A stretch of 63,714 bases of DNA, the filler included, from Octopus bimaculoides (taxonomy: Eukaryota): NCBI RefSeq assembly GCF_001194135.2. It is 7 parts of 6 records of this genome, joined end to end, with 100 filler letters (N's around TTAATTAATTAA, not from the genome) between each part and the next. Parts side by side here need not be neighbours in the genome. Positions count along the whole stretch, not along the records: positions 1 to 31,520 come from NC_068981.1; 6 more parts are not named here. One strand, 5' to 3'. The notes beneath the pieces are model-generated. The model ran no database searches. It saw nothing but the letters and a program-made list of their open reading frames with translations, and was not told the DNA's origin. Positions 13,650 through 27,300 of this stretch are shown piece after piece; position 1 is the stretch's first letter; each line of letters begins with the position of its first letter. Position numbers and translations under genes: made by a program.

Positions 13650-13650
13650 C

Positions 13651-13718
<68 letters not shown>

Positions 13719-13789
13719 TTAAAAATGTTATCTTAGAATAACATTTTGCTTGTTGTTGGCCTCAGTAAATTCTCTCACTGGGGAAAACT

Positions 13790-13825
13790 GCTTTTGTGAC
13801 CCACGCATGTTAACGGGTCCTCTAG
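13790..13825 (+). mobile_element. Possible Helitron 3' terminus
   Basis: gaccc-acgcatgttaac-gggtc hairpin immediately followed by ctCTAG. Confidence 0.3.
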
Positions 13826-14013
13826 AAAAAACAATTCACTATTTTTAACAATGCATATATGAGTGAAACCTCGGAGTCACTCTTAACTGGTAAATCTATT
13901 CGCAGTAATTTGTTTATTCTGTTATCGTTCATTGTTTAAGGCCCTTAATATCACTTGAATAGAAATTAGATTTACTAGTTTTGGCTATGTCTATATGGAT
14001 GTGTACATTTCAC

Positions 14014-14058
<45 letters not shown>

Positions 14059-14989
14059 NNNNNNNNNNNNNNNNNNNNNNNNNNNNNNNNNNNNNNNNNN
14101 NNNNNNNNNNNNNNNNNNNNNNNNNNNNNNNNNNNNNNNNNNNNNNNNNNNNNNNNNNNNNNNNNNNNNNNNNNNNNNNNNNNNNNNNNNNNNNNNNNNN
14201 NNNNNNNNNNNNNNNNNNNNNNNNNNNNNNNNNNNNNNNNNNNNNNNNNNNNNNNNNNNNNNNNNNNNNNNNNNNNNNNNNNNNNNNNNNNNNNNNNNNN
14301 NNNNNNNNNNNNNNNNNNNNNNNNNNNNNNNNNNNNNNNNNNNNNNNNNNNNNNNNNNNNNNNNNNNNNNNNNNNNNNNNNNNNNNNNNNNNNNNNNNNN
14401 NNNNNNNNNNNNNNNNNNNNNNNNNNNNNNNNNNNNNNNNNNNNNNNNNNNNNNNNNNNNNNNNNNNNNNNNNNNNNNNNNNNNNNNNNNNNNNNNNNNN
14501 NNNNNNNNNNNNNNNNNNNNNNNNNNNNNNNNNNNNNNNNNNNNNNNNNNNNNNNNNNNNNNNNNNNNNNNNNNNNNNNNNNNNNNNNNNNNNNNNNNNN
14601 NNNNNNNNNNNNNNNNNNNNNNNNNNNNNNNNNNNNNNNNNNNNNNNNNNNNNNNNNNNNNNNNNNNNNNNNNNNNNNNNNNNNNNNNNNNNNNNNNNNN
14701 NNNNNNNNNNNNNNNNNNNNNNNNNNNNNNNNNNNNNNNNNNNNNNNNNNNNNNNNNNNNNNNNNNNNNNNNNNNNNNNNNNNNNNNNNNNNNNNNNNNN
14801 NNNNNNNNNNNNNNNNNNNNNNNNNNNNNNNNNNNNNNNNNNNNNNNNNNNNNNNNNNNNNNNNNNNNNNNNNNNNNNNNNNNNNNNNNNNNNNNNNNNN
14901 NNNNNNNNNNNNNNNNNNNNNNNNNNNNNNNNNNNNNNATATTACAAATGTGGCAACATATTAAAACCAAGTGGGAGAGAGCAGAGGAA

Positions 14990-15300
14990 GAATATATAAG
15001 TCCATCTTGACATAGCAGGGTCTATCAGGCTAGTAATTGATTCTAGACAAAAGTTTTAACTGTCTCAGAATTCTATTGTTTCTTATCTAGTGGTGATAGC
15101 AAAGGGACAATTACTTCTAAAGAGAGGGAAGGTGTAAGCAGTATGCATGGACAAGGCTATAAAAGTATTAGAATCTAGAGGTTTCACTGGTCATAGTAGT
15201 ATCAGGTCATTTTATTACTATCAAAATGTTGAGGAATTAATGTTGAGGAATTATAGCCCTAGGTATATGGGTCAAATAGGTTTTTTACTTTTAGTCTGAA
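14990..15300 (-). mobile_element. Highly decayed Penelope-like RT fragment
   Basis: Minus-strand pieces FLNILIVIK / VKPLDSNTFI / PFAITTR resemble the PLE FLDILI...YxKPTD...IPFSxAxR region. Confidence 0.4.
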
Positions 15301-15516
15301 TAGAGTAAATAGAGTATATATATATATATATATGTATATATATACATATATATATATTCGTTTCTATCTATAGTTTTGAAACGTTTTAACATATTTTAGA
15401 TTGAGGAAAACACTGAAGCATATGCAATATACATAAAATTATAACACTTTTATGCTTATCGTTCTTAACAATTACATGTGTATGTTCATACTGCTCCATG
15501 TTCATCATCATTATTA

Positions 15517-15556
<40 letters not shown>

Positions 15557-16152
15557 CATTGTTATTGTTATTATTGTTATCATTATTTATTTATTTATTC
15601 ATTTATTTCTCCAAGGTCGACTGCGTATTTCGTTCGTTCAGCTCCATACGATAAGTACCAGCTTAGTCTTGGGGTCACCACCCGACCACTAAAATTTCAG
15701 ACCTTGTTAGTATACTAGAAAATGTTACTAAGACATACAATGCAGCCATTCATAATTGCAAATATACTCACACACACACATACGCAATGGCATTCGCGCA
15801 CACGGGCACTCACACATGTATGTAAATCATATATAATATATCTAACTGTTAATCCCTCTATCTATCAATCAGCCTATATACATATACACACACGCACACA
15901 CAGATACAACATACATGCAAGTATATAGGTAAACCTAAGGTCGGCACGGGACTCTGGAGTGACATTACAGCTAAATATAAAAGTATATAGGTCCTTCTTT
16001 GGCATACTGAGTTCTATTATTCCTGTTTATAGTACCAAACCTACATATCATACATATATCCATGTATACACACGCACAATATACACATATATATATACTA
16101 TTATGTATATATATATATATACATATATGTATACATAAATTATTATTTATAT

Positions 16153-16425
16153 AGATAGGGTGATAAATTGAATATTAATTCAATTTAAAACCAAGTGGCC
16201 TAGCATATAAAAAAAATCTGAAAACTCAGAAAAAATTGTATTACACGTGTATAAGGAATGACCACTAAGTGGACATCCAATATGCTAGAAAGAGGTCATC
16301 AACGACCCAACCACAAAGAAAAATAATGTTCTGCAGAAAAATTTCGCATTATTTTTCTTTGTGGTTGGGTTGTTGATGACCACTTTCTAGCATATTGGAT
16401 GTCCACCTAGTGGTCATCCCTTATA
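16153..16425. repeat. Foldback/palindromic repeat element (79-bp inverted arms) with a 94-bp leader duplicated at 12-104
   Basis: 16250-16328 is the near-perfect reverse complement of 16347-16425 (18-nt loop); 16153-16246 is nearly identical to 12-104. Confidence 0.85.
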
Positions 16426-17060
16426 TACATATATATATATACAGATATATANNNNNNNNNNNNNNNNNNNNNNNNNNNNNNNNNNNNNNNNNNNNNNNNN
16501 NNNNNNNNNNNNNNNNNNNNNNNNNNNNNNNNNNNNNNNNNNNNNNNNNNNNNNNNNNNNNNNNNNNNNNNNNNNNNNNNNNNNNNNNNNNNNNNNNNNN
16601 NNNNNNNNNNNNNNNNNNNNNNNNNNNNNNNNNNNNNNNNNNNNNNNNNNNNNNNNNNNNNNNNNNNNNNNNNNNNNNNNNNNNNNNNNNNNNNNNNNNN
16701 NNNNNNNNNNNNNNNNNNNNNNNNNNNNNNNNNNNNNNNNNNNNNNNNNNNNNNNNNNNNNNNNNNNNNNNNNNNNNNNNNNNNNNNNNNNNNNNNNNNN
16801 NNNNNNNNNNNNNNNNNNNNNNNNNNNNNNNNNNNNNNNNNNNNNNNNNNNNNNNNNNNNNNNNNNNNNNNNNNNNNNNNNNNNNNNNNNNNNNNNNNNN
16901 NNNNNNNNNNNNNNNNNNNNNNNNNNNNNNNNNNNNNNNNNNNNNNNNNNNNNNNNNNNNNNNNNNNTATATATATATATATATATATATTAGACAAAAT
17001 GAGATAACAAAGCCAAGGCTGTGAGGAGTTTTCAGGACATTTATAAGGAAAAAGATGTCG

Positions 17061-17118
17061 ATATAGTCTTACAGCTGTTTCTGGGATGTTATGGATATCC
17101 CTTCATCAGAGACGATAT
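17061..17118 (-). ncRNA. Minimal type I hammerhead ribozyme motif at a Penelope terminal repeat
   Basis: Minus strand: auaucgucu CUGAUGA a gggau-auccauaac-auccc a GAAA c-agcu-g UA agacuauau. Stem I 8/9 bp, stem II 5 bp, palindromic stem/loop III (ACAGCUGU), GUA cleavage triplet. Confidence 0.7.
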
Positions 17119-17169
17119 GCGATGGTTAAATAGAGGTAAATATATATGCCCTCGCTATATGTGTGTGTT

Positions 17170-17207
<38 letters not shown>

Positions 17208-17399
17208 TGCGTGTGTACTTGTGTGTGTGTGTGTGTGTGTGTGTGCATGATTTGTATAGAATATATCTTAAAAGTAATTATATGTGTGTGTTTTATTTAA
17301 CCATGAAATGAATATAGCTATGTACTTTAACGTCTGAACAACTATATAATTATAATCACGTTTCTGTGAATGAGTGTATGTGTGGGTATGTATGTGTGT

Positions 17400-18850
17400 G
17401 ATGCAGTCCATTTTCAAGATCTCAGAATTTGTAGATTCGTTATTTTCAAAATTGTTCGTGTTTTGTTTTTATTCTTCTTTTTGTTTTTCTTTTCTTTTTT
17501 TGTTCATGTTGAGGCTCTTTTCTCCATTGCATAAACCGCATCTTTTTATACCATTACATTTTATCGACATTTCTCTAAGATCTCTTTGATATCAAAATCA
17601 GTACCATGTTTTTCAGGTTCCAGATGTAACAGGATAATATTGTAGTGCTTCTATTTTCTATACGCTTGAAGGAAGAAGTGTGACTATAGTAACGTTGATT
17701 AAATTTCCCTTCCGCCACGCCTATTTTGTGTTTACCTGCTATTGTAAGGTTCATTAAATAGAAGTGATTTCTGTATCATATATGATCTCTTCAGCAGTAT
17801 ACATCTGACCGAGGGCGTATGCATTTATGCTTCTGCGCATACAGTTAGTCCCAACTGATTAACTAAGTTAATGTTTTATATAATTTTTATGTTAGGGATA
17901 CAACTAAGACTCTGTTTAAGCTTGTTTCTATTAAATAGATTTCTGTAGCGGCAGTTGTTTGGGAAATGCTTATTTATTAAGGCTTAGATGTTTTTAGTAT
18001 CATTAGACTTAACATTTCAGATAAAAGGAGATTTAGATCTGGTGATGTTGCTGTGATACTTCTTAGTATTGGATGGCGGAGTGTCTACATTAATGTTCGT
18101 GAGCGATGCCGACTATGTAGGAACACGATAAAAACATACGGTTTACTAAGAATCCCCATACGTTAGCAATTCTGAAATTTATCTATATACAAGATCAGAT
18201 CAGAGTTCTTTACCATATGATGTCACTTTCTTTTGAGATTCGGGGGAGATTTAGAACATGCAGAAATGGAATAAGAGAATATGAACAGGTTATACGAAAC
18301 CGGGATTTTTAATAAAAGAATTAACAATTTTGCAGATTACCTAAATAAAGAATCAGATGTCTTTAACAAATAATGTCACTTATACAAGCACCTTCAAAAA
18401 TACTGAAACATCAAGCAATCACTAAATTAAATGGGCCAACACTGAACTCACATACATGCACTGTCTATTCTATTTACTCGCGCCGTCCATGGTGTTGTAC
18501 ATAAGTGATAGATTATTACTTTCAATATTTATTATACGTTAACTGACCTGTACTACAACAGACTGATTATAACGTTTTCATCTCACCTTAACTCACTATA
18601 GATACCACGGTATTCTATCGATATATTTCCATATTTTCCTTTTATTTTTATATTTATAATCATTATTAGGAGCTGAATATTTGCACCAACGTCTGTTTTC
18701 TTTTTTCAATTCTTAATTGCCCGTGTGAAATAAGCCATCTCCAGCAGGGTATTTCTTCAAAGAGTTGCGCCACTTATGACCTCTTTGGTCTAGCATGCAA
18801 CAAATAAAATCTCCGTATATACGCCATTTTCTTCGATAAAATGTTTATTT
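17400..18850 (-). mobile_element. Decayed Penelope-like retroelement (RT C-terminal region and GIY-YIG endonuclease)
   Basis: Minus-strand translations with stops/frameshifts: SKSPPNLKRK (SNHPP motif), LINKHFPNNCRYRNLFNRNKLKQSLSCIPNIK, IGVAEGKFNQRYYSHTSSFK...LSCYIWNLKK...CNGIKRCGLC, typical of the PLE RT thumb and GIY-YIG domains. Confidence 0.7.
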
Positions 18851-18991
18851 TATGATCAAAGGATTATTTAATAATTTACGTTTACTGTTTTATGTATAGC
18901 GACAGCACAACATTATATGTGTGTATACATACATCTATATAACTATGTACGTGTATCTATCTATCTCTCTATCTATCTATCTATCTATCTA

Positions 18992-19090
<99 letters not shown>

Positions 19091-19440
19091 CTATGTATGT
19101 ATATGCACACATATACAAACGTAAATACATACATACATACATACATTCATATGTCCATAAATCCATCCATTTATCCAGTCATCCATCCATCCATCCATAC
19201 ATACATACATACATACATACATACATACATACATACATACATACACACGTACGTACGTACGAATGTACGAACACACATGCAGGCATAAGTTAATGCAAAC
19301 ACTAAAAATTGCCTCTATGGGGCTTCTCGTGTACATGACTGAGGTTTTATTGCCTCACAGGCACACATGCATACGCATATACAAACATCACAAAGACGCA
19401 CCCACATATACACCTACTTACCATACATTCATATGTATGC

Positions 19441-19560
<120 letters not shown>

Positions 19561-19914
19561 CTGTGCGTGCGGCGCGCGTATGCGTGAGTATACAGACGGA
19601 CAGGGGGCACATAGATATAGATAAGCATACGAAGCAGCGTGGATTAATTATCAAGTGTCGATGAAAACACTTCCACGTTAATCATATGCATGTTCGTCAC
19701 GCACACGCACGCACATACACACACACACACACATACATACACACAAACACACAAATTAAGTGGATGCAGAAGTATGAGAGAGAGAGAACGTTAATAGGGC
19801 TATGATGTACAGTATTTGTTAATTTGTCTTCCAGGAATTATATAGTTTAGGCCTACTGTCTTCTGACTCAAAACCTTCTTGTGTTATTCTGTCTTGGAAC
19901 TCATAAATATGCCG

Positions 19915-19946
<32 letters not shown>

Positions 19947-20179
19947 GCTACTGCTACTGCTGCTGTTGCTGTTGTTGATGTTGCTGCTGTTGTTTTTATT
20001 ATTGTTGTTTTTTTTCTTTTTTGTGATGCTGTTTTCGTAGCTGTTTAACCACCAAGTTACCCATAGTCGAGCAGTTCTATTGTCAAAATACGCTCAGTTT
20101 TTGCTTTCTGTTTTTTTTTTTTTTTCGGGAATATTGAACCTTTGTATGTTGTGTCATTTTGTTTGACGCATCGCTACCA

Positions 20180-21280
20180 AATAATAACCGAATAATATCG
20201 AATTGGTTTCCAAAATAATATCGAATTGGTTTCCAAAATAATATCGAATTAGTTTCCAAAATTTCGTTCTGTTAACTTTGACCTCAGAAATGAGCAACGC
20301 GGTCGACCAGAAACAAAGGTCGATGACAAACTGAAAGCCACCGTCGAGTCAGATCTATCTCAAAGTGCCCGTGAATTATTATTGTTGTTTGGTGTTAGCA
20401 AGCAAACAATATTGACTCACCTAGTTCAAATCGATAAAGTGAATAAGTTGAATAGGTGGGTTCCACATGAACTCAATGAAAATCAGAAGCAGCAACGTTT
20501 GGAAGCCTGCATTATGCTACTTTCTCGTCACAAAAATGAATCGAATTGTAACGTGATGAGNNNNNNNNNNAGCAACGTTTGGAAGCCTGCATTATGCTAC
20601 TTTCTCGTCACAAAAATGAATCGAATTGTAACGTGATGAGAAATGGATCCAATACAACAACCGTAAACGTTCAGCACAACGGTTGGACAAAGACGAGCCA
20701 CCAAAACATAGTCCAAGAAATTCATCAAAAGAAGCTGATAGTGTGTGTTTGGTGGACTGGCGCAGGTGTGATCCATTATGATTTCATTAAACCTGGCTCA
20801 TCAATCACGGTAGAAGTTTACTGCAGCAAACTGGACCGAATGATGCAGATACTTACAAAAACACAGCCTAGATTAATCAACAGATCAACTCCTATTTTAT
20901 TGCAAGACAACACCAGACCACACATCGCAAAAATGACATTGGCGAAACTACAGGAGTTGGAGTTGGAAGTTCTCCATCATCCACCATACTCACCCGATCT
21001 TGCCCCCACTGACTACCACTTCTTCCAGAATTTGGATAACATTTTGGTAGGAAAAAAATTTAACTCCGACGATGCTGTAAAACAGGCCTTCCAAGATTCT
21101 ATTGATTCTAGATTGTCAGGCTTTTACAGTTCTGGCTGGACAAGCTACAGCTGGAATGAAATGGCAAAAGGGTATTGACAATATGGGTGCATACTTTGAT
21201 GAATAAAACTATTCCTTGTATTTATAAAACATTAGCAAACTTTTTTCTTTTCTACAAATTTCATACTCGACGACCTAATA
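20180..21280 (+). mobile_element. Mariner transposon (DD34D), 5'-truncated and frameshifted
   Basis: KFRSVNFDLRNEQRGRP, WVPHEL, LLQDNTRPH, HPPYSPDLAPTDYHFF; 3' TIR ...cgacctaa followed by TA at 21279-21280; a 23-bp unit triplicated at 20191-20260. Confidence 0.92.
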
Positions 21281-21711
21281 AAAGTCGAACAGGATAAGAA
21301 ATTATTCTGATAAGTAAAATTTTTATTCTGTCCTCTGAGCGATAAAATCTGTACTTTAACCCTATTATCTATTTTTCTAAATGAGGATAAAATGACACGT
21401 ATTTTGAAATACTATACATTACACACGCACCCAGATATATGCTTTCATACATACATGCTCACACACACGCACACACATACACACATTCATATATACATAC
21501 ATATATNNNNNNNNNNNNNNNNNNNNNNNNNNNNNNNNNNNNNTATACCAGAGTAAGCACATAAATGTGAAAGGTGGGAAAAAAACAGTACTCGAATACC
21601 TGAAGTAGAGTAATATGCATTATTATTAAAGCTGCAAAAACATCATAAATTTGTGATATTTGGGGATGTTTTGCAGCTTTAAAAATAAAGTGTGTATGTG
21701 TGTGTGTGTGT

Positions 21712-21748
<37 letters not shown>

Positions 21749-21851
21749 TGTGTGCGCGTGTGTGTTTGTGTGTGCGCGTGTGTATATGTATATGCATATA
21801 TAAGTCTTTGTATGTAGCTATACATTGTTTATAATAATAATAATAATAATG

Positions 21852-21882
<31 letters not shown>

Positions 21883-22525
21883 TAATAACAACAACAACAA
21901 CAACAATAATAATAATAATAATAATAATAATNNNNNNNNNNNNNNNNNNNNNNNNNNNNNNNNNNNNNNNNNNNNNNNNNNNNNNNNNNNNNNNNNNNNN
22001 NNNNNNNNNNNNNNNNNNNNNNNNNNNNNNNNNNNNNNNNNNNNNNNNNNNNNNNNNNNNNNNNNNNNNNNNNNNNNNNNNNNNNNNNNNNNNNNNNNNN
22101 NNNNNNNNNNNNNNNNNNNNNNNNNNNNNNNNNNNNNNNNNNNNNNNNNNNNNNNNNNNNNNNNNNNNNNNNNNNNNNNNNNNNNNNNNNNNNNNNNNNN
22201 NNNNNNNNNNNNNNNNNNNNNNNNNNNNNNNNNNNNNNNNNNNNNNNNNNNNNNNNNNNNNNNNNNNNNNNNNNNNNNNNNNNNNNNNNNNNNNNNNNNN
22301 NNNNNNNNNNNNNNNNNNNNNNNNNNNNNNNNNNNNNNNNNNNNNNNNNNNNNNNNNNNNNNNNNNNNNNNNNNNNNNNNNNNNNNNNNNNNNNNNNNNN
22401 NNNNNNNNNNNNNNNNNNNNNNGAGGAGGGTGATAATATCATTAGTATTATTTTATCTTTATTATTTTCATTTTTACCGTCATCATCATCATCTGTTGCT
22501 GTTGTTGTTGTTGTTGTTGTTGTTG

Positions 22526-22595
<70 letters not shown>

Positions 22596-22935
22596 CCCCA
22601 TCATCATCAACATCGTTATTGTTATTATTACACTTCCGCTGGTGAATGAGATCAGTCACCGTGTGAGATGTTGATTTTTGTTACTTGTACTGTTAGTATG
22701 TTATATGTTATGGATAGGCAGAATCGACAGAGTAGAAAAACAAAATGTTTTTCGATATTTAGTTACGTTCCTTAATTTTCATCTGTACTTCAGATCTCAT
22801 CAAGGTCAAGTTTGACTTTCATCACCAACAACTAACCAAGTACTGGAGCTGATATTAATCCCGTAATCTATTCCTGAAAATGTTAGGCCTTCTGAATATT
22901 TTTAAAATCATTATGCAAAATCATTATAACTATAT

Positions 22936-23560
22936 AAGGCAGCGAGCTGGTAGAATAATTAACACCATGGACACAATGTTTTGCGGCATTTCGTCCGTCT
23001 TTACATTCTGAGTTCAAATTCTACCATTGTCTGTTTTGCATTTCATCTTTTGCATTTCAACCCCCAGTTGATGAATAAGTATCAGTTGAGCGCTGGGGTC
23101 GATATAAACAACTAGGCCTCCCCCACAAAATTTCAGGCCTTATTGAGTTTTTACTATATAAAAAGAATCATTATTTATCATTAGTAGTATTTCCTGAAAT
23201 ATAAGGTGGTGAACTGGCAGTGCCTTTAGCTTAGTGGCAATTTCGTCCGTCTTTATATTCTGAGTTCAAATTCCGCTGTGATTGACTTTGCCTTTGATCC
23301 TTTCGGGGGTCGATAAGATAAGTAGCAGTCAAGAACTGTTGATGTAACTGACGTCAAAAACACCCCTCAAAAACTGCTGGCAATGTGCCAAAATTTGAAA
23401 TTTTTATTTGCTGAAATAGTGTCGAGTTGGCCGAATCGTTGGAGCAACGGAAAAGTTCCTTGCAATAACTCTTCTTCTTCTTCTTTACGTGCTGAGGTCA
23501 AACCCTACCCATAGCTTTACCATTTATCTTTCTTTCTGAGGTGGATGAAATGAAATATCA
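22936..23560 (+). mobile_element. Three tandem type B tRNA-SINE copies (OR-like; aggcggcgagctggcaga..ctgagttcaaattcc..gcctttcatcctttcggggtcgataa core)
   Basis: Copies at 22936-23165, 23203-23405 and about 23415-23560, progressively more diverged. Confidence 0.75.
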
Positions 23561-24162
23561 ACCACTGTAGTGTTCTTTTGTCTCGTCTTAACCAGTCATG
23601 GTCAAACTTCGGCCCACGGGGTTTTCTGAATGGTACACCTAACGAAAACTTACTTTAAATTGTCTATAGTGGAGCAGTCCGCTTGAAAAGGATTGCTCCT
23701 ACTTAAACTAAACCTTTCTCAAAAATTGCTGGTTTTGTGCCCAAATACGAAGCGATTATTTCATCAAACACTATTTAAATACGGATAATGCCGCTTTGTC
23801 TCATGGGAAAACCCCTGTTAGATTTTATTACTATAACTTGCAAACCAAATTTGATACTTCAACACCACTTCTCAAATCTGTAAATAAAATATAACAAAAT
23901 TTTTAAAATCATATTAATACTGCTGCATAAAAGATTCTTTTTTTAATATCCAATTATATAATATTTTTAAACTAGAATATTTTAATGGTTTCTAATAAAA
24001 CTTTAAATTATTCATAGTTAATCATGCGTGTAGTGTTCAACAAACATATATAGAAGCGTATATGAAATGCATTCGTATACCTTTCTTTCTCTCTTATCCG
24101 CCCCCCCCCTCTCTCTCTATCTTTATCCCTCTCTCTCTCTCTCTTTATCTCTATCTCTCTCT

Positions 24163-24242
<80 letters not shown>

Positions 24243-24437
24243 GTTTCCCTGTGCATTCTCCTTCGATACACAAACTCACATGTATACAGCAATATAATTT
24301 GGATATTTATACGTACGTGTGTGCACCCGAGCATGTGTGTGTGTGTGTATGTACGTGTGCGTGTGTATGTTTGTTTCTGAGTAGGCATGTTTGTATGTAT
24401 GTACGTTCGTATGTTTTGTGTGTATATATGTGTGAGT

Positions 24438-24496
<59 letters not shown>

Positions 24497-24812
24497 TGCA
24501 TATATGCATACATACATACATACATACATACATACGTACGTACGTACGTACGTACAAGCATACAGGTACACGAACACATGCTCACACGCATTTATATGTG
24601 TGTGTATACTTATATATATGTGTGTGTATACTTATATATATGTGAATTCGGGTGTATGCATGCGTATATATCCAAAATTATAGTGGCATAAGAAACCGTA
24701 AATGTAAAACTACATTAGCACATATATGCGCGTATTGTATACGTTTGATTATTGTCTGTGTTTGTGTGTGTCAGTCTATCTGTCTGTCTGTCTATATGTA
24801 TGTATGTATGCA

Positions 24813-24844
<32 letters not shown>

Positions 24845-25141
24845 GATGTATGTATGTATGTATGTATGGATGGATGGATGGATGGATGGATGGATGTGTC
24901 GGTTATGAGTGTGTATACCCTTTGTACATGAACACGGAGACCTACTGAACGAGTTGATCAAGATATCAAACAGTTCGTTCTTAAGCTTCAGCTTAATTAA
25001 TTAGAGAACACCCAAGCTATCTTCATTATGTGCATGAACTCACACAAACATGTTACAGACACACACACGGCACAAACCCACAAATAGCGCACACACATGT
25101 ATGTGTATCTGTGTGTGTGTATATATATATATATATATAAA

Positions 25142-25233
<92 letters not shown>

Positions 25234-25320
25234 TATATGTTTATACATATATGTATATTGTGTATACATATGTATATGTATATAGATACATGTATAAATA
25301 TGTATAAATGTATATATATG

Positions 25321-25351
<31 letters not shown>

Positions 25352-25362
25352 ATATATATGTG

Positions 25363-25394
<32 letters not shown>

Positions 25395-25544
25395 AACATA
25401 CATCAATACATATACATAGGTATATATATATTCATATATATATTTATATATATACATACATATGTATATATATATTTATGCATGTACCATATACATACAT
25501 ATATATATAGATATACACATAAAAACATATGTGTGTATGCGTAT

Positions 25545-25597
<53 letters not shown>

Positions 25598-26228
25598 NNN
25601 NNNNNNNNNNNNNNATATTGAGCATTTATTATATGTTTTTAACTCATTATATGTATATGAATATATGCATGTATGCAGGTTTCTATGTATATGTATATGT
25701 ATACGTATGTTTTATCTTAATGTTTCTTATACACCATGTGTTAATAAAAAGAGTAAAAACTGTTACGCTGAAATGAATAGTTTTTTGTTTTTTGCTTTTT
25801 TTCCTACTTTTTAAACAGTGAAATAGTCTTCCTGAATACTGGTTGTTTATTGTTCTTTTTCGTTTCATTTTATATGTATATATTGATATAAACTCGAAAT
25901 CATATGTATATAAATTCAGGTGTGTATAAGGACGCATACATATTACACAAATACCACATACACACATACATACATACATACATATATAAACATATACACA
26001 AGCATACATCTATTTGGTAGTCTTTCGCTTTGGGTTTGGCGTACGAGGGTCTAACTGTAAACCAAGAGAAAAATTTTACTTCGAATCTTTGTATTCCTTA
26101 CCAGACACACAGAGCCATTCTCGTCTGCTAGACTACCGACAGAGATTGTATGCTTATAGTTACGAAGCATTATATAAGTCCACTGTACCATTTGGATAAA
26201 CTTAGAGCAGAAAAATGATGAAATCTGT

Positions 26229-26286
<58 letters not shown>

Positions 26287-26321
26287 GTGTATGTGTGTAT
26301 ATATATATATGTGTGTGTATG

Positions 26322-26362
<41 letters not shown>

Positions 26363-26565
26363 GTTTATATGTATGCATGCACGTATGCATGCATTTAGAA
26401 TAGACTTGGTAAGCTTCACATTACTGCATTACTTAAAGGTATGTAGGCACGTATTGCGTCCATGAAACCTAAAGTAATGTGGAGCTGAGTTAACCTGCTA
26501 TTAACTGCTTACAGTGCAACCTAATTGAAGTGTGTACGTATGTATGCTTATTAAACGTTTACAAG

Positions 26566-26618
26566 AAAAACAGTGACTTTGATGTTTCGGTTTGCTTGCA
26601 TTCGTCAGACTGTGCTTT
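26566..26618 (-). ncRNA. Hammerhead ribozyme-like motif, stem II degenerate
   Basis: Minus strand: aaagcacagu CUGACGA augcaagcaaacc GAAA c-aucaaa-g UC acuguuuuu. Core and GUC intact, stem I acagu/acugu plus extension, stem II poorly paired. Confidence 0.4.
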
Positions 26619-27253
26619 ACTCCAGTTCCGTTTGGCTGCATATAGTTCATTAGAAGTTGATTTCTCTTTTGTTTTCAGGTAGGGTTAGGTGGAACTATGT
26701 GAAATGTTAATTTGTTGTGATAATTAGTTGAGGTGTACGTTGACTTGAGAGATAATTGACTCGAAATTTAGAGATGGAGGAGGATAGGAGGAAAGTCTGT
26801 GTTTGTTGGGTATGGATTAATAGGAAGTTATTGTGAGGAGATTTAATTTGGTTTGATATGGAAATTTGATTATTGTTTGGGGCTCAGCTAATCGTAGAAA
26901 CCGATGTGTAAGACAGGTACGTTAAAATCAAGCATGTCAAATTTATGTTACGATATTCTTTGTACAGAAATTTGTTTTTTTTGTTGCGCTTTAGGATCCC
27001 CAAAAGAATGTTTATAGATGAAACAGTCACCTACCACACGCCAGACTCCTCTTTAGTTGATGCTCATCTTGATCAAATGTTAAACCACGTGTTTTGTAGG
27101 CGTTGGATTTAAAGATTAGGTTCTCATAAACATTGAGGTTATCTATGTTTTTAGTGTGGTTATTTGAGCTAATTTTATATGATAGTAGAGAAATGGAAGT
27201 ATTTATGCACACATATATGCATGCATACATATACATATATGTATGTGTGTATG

Positions 27254-27300
<47 letters not shown>

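Noticed and set aside
20491-20640. 70-bp direct duplication inside the mariner ORF
   Set aside because: The copies sit exactly either side of a 10-N gap; unmerged contig overlap.
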